A DNA stretch of 64,000 bases from Podarcis tiliguerta. Taxonomy: Eukaryota. The stretch is from the NCBI GenBank assembly GCA_965153285.1, contig OZ229111.1; one strand, written 5' to 3'. Position numbers and translations under genes: made by a program. Below, in pieces: positions 1 to 11,358 of the stretch. How positions within the stretch are numbered: position 1 is the stretch's first letter; each line of letters opens with the position of its first letter. The notes below the pieces were generated by a model, which was not told the origin of the DNA, did no database searches, and saw only the letters and a list, made by a program, of their open reading frames with translations.

Positions 1-310
1 GGCTTCCCACATCCCACCCACAATTCAAGAAATAAAATACACAGTGCCAAGGAGATGAAAGATGGAACAGTATTAAGCACTAATTCAGATACAATACCAA
101 TATATCAATGATTTTGATTCAGACTTCATTCACTGAAGCGCAAAAGAAGATCAGTTCTATAAATGGAATATACCTACAAGGCATTGCAAAGACAAAATAA
201 AATAGATTGCAACACAGCTCAGGGGAGGGGGGGAGGGGGGAGTTTAAAGAATCTTTAACCAATCTTTAATTCAATAAAGATCGAAACATGAAAAGGGCAA
301 CAGAGTAGAG

Positions 311-757
311 CAGAGGTTCTCAAAGGGTGTGGCGTGCCATATTGGTGTGGCAAGAAGATTCAAGGACAATCAAAGAAACATTTAAACATTTCAGTACAGT
401 ATAGTATCTTTATCTGTACTCTCTCTCTCTATATATATATTTATATTGAAGAATATGGATAGGTATCTTTTCAAAATGAGAACGGGAGCATCAATCGATA
501 CTGAGGACAACCCTAGTTGTGATCCAGAATCACGGTTCAAGAGTGCTGGAGAAGACTTGTTGTTTTATACTTTCTGGATGCCCCATGTTCATCTTATAAG
601 GTAATTGATTTCGCTTGTTATAAATCAAGCACTGCCAGGGGTCGTTTCTTTTTGTTTCCCAATGTATTTATCAGTAAAAAAAAATTTGGTGTGGCGTGAA
701 CAAATTTTTATTCAGACAAGGAAGTTTGGTCCAGACAAGAAAGTCTGAAAACCATTG
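311..757 (+). mobile_element. Non-autonomous hAT (Charlie/Buster-like) element
   Basis: Ends CAGAGGTTCTCAAA...TCTGAAAACCATTG, resembling CAGTGGTTCTCAA TIRs. 8-bp flanks GAGTAGAG (303-310) and GAGTAGGG (758-765) match at 7/8. Subterminal GGTGTGGCGTG repeats occur near both ends. Confidence 0.75.
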
Positions 758-829
758 GAGTAGGGTTTGCATTCTACTTATCCATAAGACACACATTGCA
801 GAACACAGAAAGCACTAGCCAGACTACTA

Positions 830-1012
830 CCCTATTCAGTGTTGGAGAACATGCTTTGTCCCCAAGTTAAATCTCTGGCATCTCCAATTAGGAAACCACA
901 TTGCAAGTGATGTTAAAGATGCCTCTGCCTGACTCCCTGGAGAGTCACTGCCACGCAAAGTGAACAATACTGGGTTTGATGGATGAACAGTCTGTTCTGG
1001 TAGAAGGCATAT
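830..1012 (+). mobile_element. Degenerate tRNA-headed squamate SINE (Squam3-like)
   Basis: Shares CTGGCATCTCC..CCTGGAGAG.CACTGCCA..ACAATACTG..GATGGA with the copy at 62885-63069. Confidence 0.55.
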
Positions 1013-4000
1013 GTGCTCTGGTCCAAAAACTGAGTAAAATATAGAATACTGATGATTAAAGTCGAAACCAGTTGTAAAGTATACACATTTCTGGGTCTAC
1101 AAAGTGTACAAGAGAATTATTTATTTCAAAATCAAGTGCTAGCTGTTTTGTAAAAGACCAATATACTAAACTGTATTTCAGGAAATTATATGTGAAACAT
1201 CTCCTACAGTTCCATCTACAAGTGTATCTTCATCTCTCAGCCCCCCTCCTCACGAGAAAGCCGAACACAGAGACATTATTGACAGTGCCTCTAATCAGCT
1301 GTTACTGGCAGTACAAACAAGACTGATCAGGAAATCAACTGCTCATGAGAAGAGCTTTGCTCCCACGCACCCAAGCTCAATTTAATAACTGCTTTCCCTT
1401 CCTCCTTGAGGAATAAATAGACCTTAATTAAGCCTTCCTGGAGACTGTGCATTAGATCAGGATTTCTCAAATCGGTAGGGGCCACCCCCCCCCCCCACTT
1501 GAAGGGCACAAGAGACTCTTGGCGGAACAGGAAGGACTCCTAGCTTGGCCATCGGTACCTGAGCAGCTACAATTTTCTCCCCTCCCGCCCCTCCAATATG
1601 CCTTTCTTTCATTCTGTTATGCAAGTAGAGAAAGCAGCTACAAGACTCAAAGAAGGACAAACAGAGGAAGAAAAATGGTAGAAAGGATAATACAATAAAA
1701 GAGAGAAACGTAAGCAGCACAGTGGAGCTGCAAATACAATGCAGGATATAACTTTTGGGGAGAAAGCACCTCAAAGCTAAAATTGAATAAAAATATTATG
1801 TGAGGTATACCAAAAATCACGAGTGATCACTGTCCTAAACTAAGTGTCTCCAAAGACTGAGCTGTGAGACTGGAGTTTGAATGTGCCCTTCAGATCAAGT
1901 AACAAACACCTGAGGGAGTCACCAGGTACCCTTAAACTTATCGGTTTTAGTAAGACCTTTGTACCACGGGACCTGGTGCATTCAGCGTTCCACCAGGGCT
2001 AGCTGACACACTTTTGTCTACCATACTCAAGAGTGATGGAGGAATGAAAATGCCAGTGCTGGACAGTTTCTAGGCTGAGGGTACACTCAACAAGGGAAGA
2101 TGTGCCGCAGAAAGAATGTAGTTTTGAGCTGTAGACTTCAAAAGGTTGAAAACCTCTGGTATAAACAATAGTCGTATTGCAGGAAAAAGCAGAGAATTCA
2201 ACTCCCTGAGAATATCAGCTTTCAGCTTTAAAAAGAGTAATTTCTGCTTCTTATGGATTTGAAGATATGCTTGAAATGGCATAAATAGTGTGAAATATAT
2301 GCTTTAAATTGCGCTGAGATATCAAGAAGTCAGACAGGTGATGTCAAAGATTTCCAGTGGCTCCTTGCCTTCCCCATGTTTGAATTATGCAAATTTGTTA
2401 AATTGCAAAATAAAGTACGTGAAGTTGTCCAATTTGTATAATTTATACAGGTAACAGAATTTAGCACTGATTCTTATGAATTCTGTATTGCTTAGACATA
2501 TGTATTGAAAATCAGTCACTCATATGACTTGATAGTTCAATATTAATATGTGCGAGCCTGCCTGGATGACAGACAATGAATACTGTTAAACTTCTTTTTT
2601 GACAGTACTGCATCCCCTCTGATTGCTCTGCTACTATTGATGCTAATGCTCTCATGCCACAGTAGGCTTGTTACTCTTGCAAGTGGCCAGGTTCCTTACT
2701 CTAAAGATGCAAGGATCTCTATGCCATTAAATGCCTAAAGAAGACCCCCAATATTGTAACTCTCCAATTGCAATTGGCTTAGTTGCTCTGATGTCACAAC
2801 ATGCTTTCCAAGTCTTTGGTCAGACAGTTCGGTAGGGAAGCCTTTGATTCTGAATTCCAAGATCCACGGGATGTTTTAGATGAACAATCTGAAGTGCATT
2901 TCACAATGGATTTGAAAATAACATATTGTGGTCTCTGAGTCTTTCACTAGTAATTTGATATGGTTTTGTTGCCTACAGTCTACACCTACACAAACACCTA
3001 CAAACACACACACCTGCATCCTATGAATTATAGCATCGTGACTGAATATGAAAGGATATATTAAGGCAATCTTTAATATACAGTATCATGCCATCTTACA
3101 GTCCAATGAATATTTTTACACAAGCTGGCTTTTAAAACAAGAAGCATCTACCTTGCCTGCTTGCTGATTTCCTGTATTAGAAACTGCCAAGACACCTACC
3201 ATAAATCTTTTGCTGAATCTGTGGCCCACTTATTTTATTGCCATCAAACAAACCACACAGGGCTTTCTGGTTTTCCCTTCATCAGCATTGCTGTGGTTTA
3301 TTTATGTGTATTTAGCTCTTAAAAGTTCCTTTAGTCAGTTGTCCATTTTTAAAGAGCTTCCTTTGGAGACTCTGGATTCTAGGGCAAGCTGCTATTTGTG
3401 TTTTCAGACTCTGGGCTCTCTGGCTTAAAGCCACACATTCTCTTGGGAGTGTTCCTGCTGGTTCATTTTCTATTATTTGCTACCTTCACCAGTAGATTAT
3501 AGAGGACATTATGGTGCAGTTACATCCTTCTTTACTCTAAGTTCAGAGGTATTAAAGAACAACTCATTTAGAACATGTGATCTTGCGACCATCCCTCTGG
3601 AACTGTTTCATACCCACTTCGCCTCAGGTGACTAAAGACATCGCCTACTTCCAGTTACATCCTGTAACTAATTAACGAATTAACAAAACAAAATGATCCT
3701 ACGTGCGTTCAAAAAATAAGCCCTAAGGAATTCAATGGGACTTAGTCCGAGAGAAGGACAGCAGCCTAGGACCATCAGCATGGAATATACCTTGAAGAGT
3801 CTTAGCATTTCAATAAACAGGCCAGGTAACTCTTCTAGTTAGGGCTGTGTTAAATTTTTGGAAGTAGGGCTACTTGGAAAAGCTGGATTTGCAGTATTTG
3901 GGGCCATTGGGCAACTGCTAAAGAAAAAGTACCCCCATCACAACAAAAGATGGAAGTCAGTTGGAATGATCATATCTCCTTCTTAGGAGCACGAACAGAT

Positions 4001-6453
4001 ATTTCCATGGTATAAGGCTTGAGGCAGGCAATGGGGTCATCAGCTTCTCAACTAGCCCCTAAGAGGTATAGAAGAACAGAGCTGGAAAAGTTGTTCTGCT
4101 TGCCTCTAAAGGCAAAAAAAAAAAAGGAGTAAATTATCTTACTATGGCTCTGAGCTGGGCTAAGACATTGCTTGCAATAGGAGCTGGAGGTCCTCTTCAC
4201 ATATACTAGGGTGGGGGGGTGGTCATTGGTTTCCCACTGTTTCTTTGTCTCTTGTGGGGAATAAGTTATGAAAAGGTGTTCTTGTGAAGCAATAGTACCC
4301 ATAGCTGTTGCCACTGTGGCCCAAGGAGGAGCCTAAGATGCCAACCACAGTGGAGGGAGCAGGAGCACGAGAATATGGAAACTGAAAATCTAAGCTCAGT
4401 CCTATGTGCAGTGATGCAGAGAGGTTTGTGTCAAAGGAAATCGTTAGAACAGCTGAGATTAACTTTGAGATTCATAGGAAGAACCTTTGAGCTACAGGTG
4501 GAAGCCCTTGCAGTAATGGGATGACTTCACTAGATAAAACCCATTGTCTTTTTGCAAATTCTCTGAGAATATATTTGTGGCAGAAAGAGACTGAGCTCAG
4601 CTAGTGAATCAGGAGGATAGAAAAGAAGGGGGGCTCTGGGGGGGGGGAGGGAGAGATGGCTATGTAACAGCGAAGGGTCTTTTCATGCCTTTGAAGTCTC
4701 ACTAGTCACAACCATACAATAGCTTTGGATTAAACGGAGATCACAATATATGGCGTGAAATCTTAATAAAAACATAAATGGCCCAGCTTCTGCTTAAAAG
4801 GAAAACAGTCTTATGCTGCCTATAATGTCCTATATGTGAATGTAGTTCAGTGTTTGATCCAAATTACTTTAGACCAACTTTCTTTATTATCGCACATGGC
4901 AGCAGCAGCAACCAATAAAACCATCAGACACAGTTAAATGTTCATCACGTTATCGGTTGGCAGCTCTTTACATTGCATATTTTCACCAAGTAGGGGAGCT
5001 GATAGCCAGCATGAGCTTCTGATAAAGAAAACAGACTTTTTCTGTTTTGTGCTTGATGAATTAATTGTACATTTTGTTTATATTGAGGCTTTTCTGTTTC
5101 TGGGTAAAGATGTCTACTTTATATTGAAAGTACTCCAGAAAAGTAGAATATTTGTTTATTTCTGGGAGGCATGTATAATCAGCACAGCTAAACATCCCAT
5201 CTCAGGGGTGGAGGATATAAACTAGCATGGAAAAGGCATTAGAAATTATACTAGGTAGAGCAATCCCATGTCATCAGGCGGGTGAACTAGAGGTTCTAAT
5301 AGGTATTTTCCTTACCCTCTATGTAGCAGTAAGCTTCTGTGCAATTCTTCATTGTTGCTTTTCCTTTGAGGACAAGAACTAGTTTGTTTTTAAAATGGAA
5401 TATACAAGATGAGAAACAGGCAACAGCCAACACACTGCCTTCCATAAGCTAAAATTAGGACCCCCTATTAGGGTCCTAATTTGGTACAACTCTAAAGCTG
5501 CCTTATTTTCTCAGGATGGCCCCAATAAGGTGTCACTTGACTTCTTGGAAACCTTGTACTTTCAGACCAATGTGCCAACAAATCTACAATCCATATGGCT
5601 ACAGATCTGTCCCCTTACCCACTTTTAAGCAGGGAATTCCCACTGCAATATGAGAATTTGTGGAACCAGCAATTGAAGGGAAGGGAAACAAGGTACTAAT
5701 TAAAGCAAGACTTTGGACACTTCTAAGTCAAAACTTCCCGGACTGCTTTACAGTCCTATTTCTACTGTCTTTAATGTGGCATACTCAGAAATAAGTTTGC
5801 GCAGGCTTGCAACTTTAGTGTAGGATAAAAATGTAGGACACAGCTCTAGAGAAATGACATAAATGTGTTATGGAGTTTATCACACCTTTACACACACGCT
5901 GTGACATCTACCTCAACCCAATCTTTCATAAGAGTGTGATTGTGGGGGCTGTGCATGTATACTGTATAAATATAGCTTAGTCCTAAGAAGGGGGGAAAAC
6001 CCTCAGTGAAGGAGATATGTGGTAAATTCCCAGCTTATTTGCTGTAATACGTTTGGTAAATGGCTGTGTCATTGCAAAAACTGGAGGCCACAGCACCATC
6101 TCACTTCACAGAACTGAGTATATTGAAGGCTCAGATAGGCTATGGTGAGGTATGCTCACAAATATGACCCTTCACCAGAACAGCAGGAGGCTAGAGGAAA
6201 TCAGTAACGTGGAGTCCTAGTCCATGGGGCTGTCCCCAAACACACTCTACCCAAATCTGGAAGGGACAAAGTGATTGGCAGATATGTCCACTAGGGCAAA
6301 ATAATTGTCCTAGGCAAATAATGTACTGCTAAAGTAAGAATGCATCTTAGTCATTATAACTTCTCCTCCTCCCTTTTTTGCTTATAACATTTGTAGGATA
6401 TGAAAGAGTCACAATAATCCCAAAGTAATGGGTGCTATTAAAAAAAATATCAG

Positions 6454-6690
6454 TAAGAACATAAGAAAAGCCTGCTGATCAGGTCAAAGGCCCATCTAGT
6501 GCAGCATCCTGTTTTCAAAATGGCCAACCAGATACCTGTGGGAAACCTGCAAACAGAAGATGAGCAGAAGAGCATTCCCAGCATACCATGGTTTCCTGCA
6601 ACTGGTATTTGGAAGCATACTGCCTCTGATGTGGAGGCAGAGAATAGACAATGTCCAGTAACGAACTGCAGCCTTATCCTCCATCTAGAT
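6454..6690 (-). mobile_element. CR1 LINE 3' fragment
   Basis: AAGAACATAAGAAAAGCCTGCTGATCAGGTCAAAGGCCCATCTAGT.CAGCATCCTG is the reverse complement of the typical squamate CR1 3' end. Confidence 0.7.
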
Positions 6691-6884
6691 TGACTTTTGC
6701 CTATTGCCTTTCAACTTCTCAAAGATCATCATCCTTCATAGACTGGGACAGTTTTTCCCTTCTTTTTTCAACAATATGCACGAAAGCCTACTGGTTGTGA
6801 AAATTTGCCTTTGGTTTAAGACTGGTGAGTGTGCAACCCAAGAGAGAATTAAAAACAACAACAAACAACAACAACAACACTTAC

Positions 6885-7054
6885 CCATTTCCTTAAGCTC
6901 CATGTTGAAGAGTTCCAGCCAGCAAGCATCGATTTCATCCAGGTCATAGCGACTTGCTCTTTGGGAGTATGTCCTGGTGACATCTAAACTGTCAGAGCTG
7001 GACAGGTTGCTTGGTGAGGTTTGTGGTGATGAATGTTCTAGAACAGGAACGATC
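6885..7054 (-). CDS. JADE2: JADE2 internal coding exon (170 nt; (R)IVPVLEHSSPQ...ASRYDLDEIDACWLELFNMELKEM(G/E..))
   Basis: Acceptor TTTTCTTCCCTAG| (7055-7067) and donor ATGG|GTAAGT (intron starts 6884). The first base completes AG+G=Arg from the previous exon. SRYDLDEIDAxWLELxNxELKEM is a JADE2 motif. Confidence 0.95.
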
Positions 7055-8295
7055 CTAGGGAAGAAAACAAGCATAGACATAAAAGAGAGGTACAGGGAGG
7101 AAGCAGTTCCTTTTTACAAGAATGGGCATTTAAATACTGAAATTTAAGAAGCCTAAGCTTAATTTATGCCTAAATGTCAACTCATCTTGATATAAAATTT
7201 ACCATTTTGGAGCAGAATAATTTAGCAATTTTAGCAATATTTATACCACAAATGGAAACTGGTTTAACCATTATGGATTTTCCCAAGGAACCTGTGAAGC
7301 ATAGTTTTGTGAAGTTGTTAAAAATTCAATTAGAAAGATTATTGGCATATTCACAGAGCTATAGCCACTAGGATTTCTTCAGAGAAGGTGTGATAGTTAA
7401 GCTGGTTAAGACGTGGAGAGAAAAGATGGCAGTTTTTAGTAATTTCTGACTGAAGAGTTCAATGAGACTCCAAAACTTGCAGATGCACACCAAAAACAAA
7501 CAAATGACCAAGAAGTTAAAAGGAATCACTTCCCAAAATTTCTCAAATTCTACAGGGCTGAAGTGCCAGAATAGGAAAATTATCTGGGGCACCTGCTTAT
7601 TATTAAAGCCAATTTAGAATCACCTCAAAAGTGGCACTGACTTCCGACTCTTTGAAAGACCTTTGAGGTGCTGTCAAAACCAACGACACAAAAATAATGG
7701 TTTGTTTGGGAACTATTGACCTTTCTGACAATCAGGAAGTGCTTTTTAAAAGACATAACACAAAGAGAATAAACTATATGTACCAAAGAGTACGTAATGG
7801 GTTTTAATAATCAGCAGTGTCAAGAAAAAGGTGTTTCTGAGTGACAAGAAAGATATAACCATTCAGCACTGTTACAAAGCTCTGAGTACTTCCCCTTGAC
7901 CTTGCTGATAAAACTCACTGTTGAAGTGATTCACATGGCAAATGGTTTCGGGGACACCTTTAGTGTTGGCACCACAAGAGGTGTAATTTTCAAGGGACAA
8001 TGGAACTGCTACTCAACCATTAAGTCACAGGTAATATTACTGAGGAAGAGCCCCTTCCCAACCGAACCTTGGGTCTAGCATGCAACCCTAAGTGATTTAG
8101 CTGCTGTACCAAAAGGTAACTCCAGCGTTTATCATGAAACAATTGCAAAATTATCTCTAAGGATGAGCCTGAGGCCAGAGATGGCAGGAAGCAGTTGGTC
8201 CAAGAGGAAATCCCCTGTATTAACAATAAAATAATAAAACTAAATAATTGAATATGATGTCATTTTAGATAGGCCACCTAATCATAAAGCTAGTA

Positions 8296-8504
8296 CAGTG
8301 GTACCTCGGGTTAAGAACTTAATTCGTTCTGGAGGTCTGTTCTTAACCTGAAACTGTTCTTAACCTGAAACACCACTTTAGCTAACGGGGTCTCCTGCTG
8401 CACAATTTCTGTTCTCATCCTGAAGCAAAGTTCTTAACCCGAGGTAATATTTCTGGGTTAGCGGAATCTGTAACCTGAAGCATATGTAACCTGAGGTACC
8501 ACTG
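8296..8504. mobile_element. Tc1/mariner (Tigger/pogo-like) MITE, family A
   Basis: TIRs CAGTGGTACCTC..GAGGTACCACTG with TA duplicated on both sides (8294-95, 8505-06). Same family as 31608, 43739 and 58796. Confidence 0.9.
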
Positions 8505-8506
8505 TA

Positions 8507-8720
8507 CAGTCGTACCTTGGTTGTCGAATACCCTGGAACCCGGATGTTTTGGCTCCCAAATGCTGCAAACCCAGAAGTGATTGTTTCAGTTTGCGAATGT
8601 TCTTTTGTAACCCGAACATCCAACGGGCTTCTGCGGTTTCCTGCAGCTAATCAGAAGTTGCAATTTGGAAGTCCAACGGACTTCGGGAACAGATTCCGTT
8701 CAACTTCCAAGGTACGACTG
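8507..8720. mobile_element. Tc1/mariner (Tigger-like) MITE, family B
   Basis: Perfect 14-bp TIR CAGTCGTACCTTGG..CCAAGGTACGACTG with TA on both sides. Homologous to 26614-26854. Confidence 0.9.
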
Positions 8721-9134
8721 TATTGCTGAAGGTAACTCCTTAATTTGGATTTTCTAATTGGTTCTTACCTCTATAGGTGACAACCATGCCTGGTTGAAAA
8801 ATATCTTGAAGTACATGCCACATAAACCTAATGCTTACAATTGCCCTAAGAGTACAGGGGGGGATGTACTATTTACAAAGAAGACTGGAAATAAGAAGAC
8901 TTTATTTCTTTTCTTTTCTTTAAAAAAACAACCTACTACAATAGCAAAAAAGTGAACCTCTCCAGAACAAAGGAAGCAGCAAACAAAACCCAAAAACTCT
9001 CCCACGTTGGCGCATTGTTTTTCTGTTCTAGTGCTGCATTTGTGGCCCAATAGTAATGGGATTTTGTTTACTAGAGTCTTAATCTAACATTCTTCATCTG
9101 GTGCACCAGAGGCTTGCCGCAAATATGAACAGAA

Positions 9135-9258
9135 TAGGGTGACCAGATGTAAAAGAAGACAGAGCTCAAGCACCTTTAATAGCTCTGAAGAATTAGGAAT
9201 TTCAGCAGAAATTCCTCCTTCCACACATTAAAGAGCTCATTTAACATCCGACCAGCCT
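9135..9258. mobile_element. Old hAT (Blackjack-like) MITE remnant
   Basis: Starts TAGGGTGACCAGATG with a degenerate inverted end CATCCGACCAGCCT. Related sequence occurs near 20260-20330. Confidence 0.4.
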
Positions 9259-10269
9259 CCCCATGACACCCTGTGGCTCTATTCCATCCTGACACCATGA
9301 ATTGCATGAATATATCTACAGGAATGGACAAGATGCCCTTTGGCCTTTCCTTTTCTCTAATTCTGTTGTTCTGTCTGTTACACTGGACCGAAAGCTACAA
9401 GTTTCTTTCTGAAGTAAATTCAGGGGATGATTAACTCAATTCCTGACTACTTCCCTCCAGCTTCATTACTTCCCATCCACCTGCTATGGCACACAGTGCC
9501 ACATTCAACGCACAGACTGAGTCATGTCTTTAGTTTCTGCTTTTACCTCCTGATCTATGGAAAAGCTCCTGGGTGCAACCAATAGTAGAGCTTGTAGAGC
9601 TGGGCCCATAAGATTGTCTGAAAGTCAAATGCCTTATGCTCACACCACAATGAATTAAAGTGGTTCTTCCCACCCTCCCACTAGATGTGATTCTTTTATT
9701 TCCCTTTTTTTGTTGTTGCTTTGCCAGCATTACTATAAGCCTGTCGGCAACAACCTCCCACATGTTTTGATTCTGAAGTCAAACAAATAACCCTACCTAC
9801 GGCTAAATCTGCCTGCATCAATCTTCTCATAATGTTTCCTATGACACTGGAGGCTTTCTTTCCCCTGGAGCTTGCTGAGGATATCACTCAGAATAATCAC
9901 ATGTACAAACCACCACTTCAGGAAGAGAAGGGAGGGGAAATAACCATGGGATTTTTATATATGATACAAAATGATAAGTGAATACAGGCTGTTTCAGCCT
10001 CAGCTGAGGTAGGCAAAGCCAAGCAATTAAAGTCATTTACTTTGAGGGCTTCCAGAAGGAGACAATAAGCCCAAAGAATTCTGCTTCTTCTGGTCTATAA
10101 AAAATAGAAACTGACAACTGTGCTTGTTAAGGGTAAAGCACTTATTTTCTAAGCCTCCTGCCCCTTTTTGTAAAGGTGGGGAAGCTCAGGAATTTTGTAT
10201 TTTTTTTCACAGAATGACAACTTCCTTGCTATTTAGTGTCTCCATAAATGAGCCAGCTCTCGCTTCACC

Positions 10270-10590
10270 ATCCACCATCCTATTGTGGTCCTGGCTATGG
10301 ACATCGCCTGTTCTGTGACCTGTGGGAAGGCCTTCTCTGCAGTAGTGCCGTGTCCTGCATCTTTGGCGCTGATAATTCATCACCATCTTTTATTCACCCA
10401 GGCCTTTGTGCCATCCTCACTCATTAGAGCTGGGTTATCTATATTTATTAATTTGTGCTGTGCTACTATGGATCTGCAAATTCTTGTTTGAATTTTATTG
10501 TTTTATTGGTTGCAATGTTGTTGTTTGATTTTATTGTTTTACTGGCACTGTAAACCACCCTGTTGTCTTTTGATGAAGGGTTTCCTATAA
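10270..10590 (+). mobile_element. L2 LINE 3' fragment
   Basis: GGGAAGGCCTTCTCTGCAGT..TTATTCACCCAGGCCTTTG, a T-rich 3'UTR and TGTAAACCACCCTG..GAAGGG..TATAAA are typical L2 3' end motifs. Confidence 0.55.
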
Positions 10591-10904
10591 ACAAAACCAA
10601 TAACAGAAAGCAAACTCAGCTGTTGAGTCGTAATGGTTAAGTATGAGAAACAGAGCCACAGAGAAAAAAGAGGGGTGCATCTGCCTTTCTTGTGGAACAT
10701 CAAGGCTGGAATACACGGCAGGCATTTTTTGGTTGGGGGTGTTCTTAAGTCCCATTTAAATGAAAGACTGGTCCCAAGTTGAATTTAAGAATTGGCATCT
10801 CATTGATTTCAAGGGGATTTAACCAGAAGTGATTTTTCTCTGGACAGCATCCTTGCCAGATGGTTAATGAAAAGGGCACAAATGTTGCCAAAACACACAG
10901 GGGA

Positions 10905-11358
10905 TGTCAGGGAACTGCCATCAGTGCCGGAGGGAGAGAGCAAAAGCCAGAGGGATTCCAGAGAGAGTCAGGGATTGGGAGAGGCAGCCCATCTTCTGGG
11001 GAAGAGAATCAGCATAGCACCAGTGGAGAAGGGGGGCAGATGGGGGAATCGGCGAGGCGGTCCCATGACTCCTTGCCGGGGACCAGCGGGGAGAGTAAGG
11101 GTCCTCCGCTGCCCACGCCCTCCTTGCGCAGAAGGCTTTCGCGCAGAGAGAGTAGGAGAAGACTAGGCGTCAAAGAGCTTCTTTGCTGGAAGAAGTTTAA
11201 GAAACGCCCACTGACGGATTCTGGCAGCGATGGAGTCAGCCACGGGTGAGTGGCTGTCCGGACAGAAAAGGTTCACTTAGGCAACCCAGCCAGGTGTTTG
11301 CACCCAGCCGGGGAGATAAGCACCGGCTTACGCACAAGCAACCCCTAGAACCATTACA
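10905..11358 (+). mobile_element. Probable solo LTR (Gypsy-like), CpG-rich
   Basis: Sharp GC/CpG-rich block starting TGTCA and ending TTACA. 5-bp flanks GGGGA (10900-04) and GGAGA (11359-63) match at 4/5. No AATAAA is seen, so it may be internally deleted. Confidence 0.6.

Larger units (their letters stand above)
1..6884 (-). other. JADE2: JADE2 intron, continuing beyond the window start
   Basis: GTAAGT donor at 6884. The expected next exon (..GLGIEYDEDVVCDVC.., PHD1) is not found in 1-6884. Confidence 0.8.

Noticed and set aside
6736-7080. 114-aa ORF with a poly-Cys tail as a standalone protein
   Set aside because: Only 6885-7054 is exon. The CCCCC comes from reading through the donor into a TTG repeat.
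8296-8720. CRISPR-like repeated TTAACCTGAA motifs
   Set aside because: These are irregular subterminal repeats inside eukaryotic MITEs, with no repeat-spacer periodicity and no cas genes.
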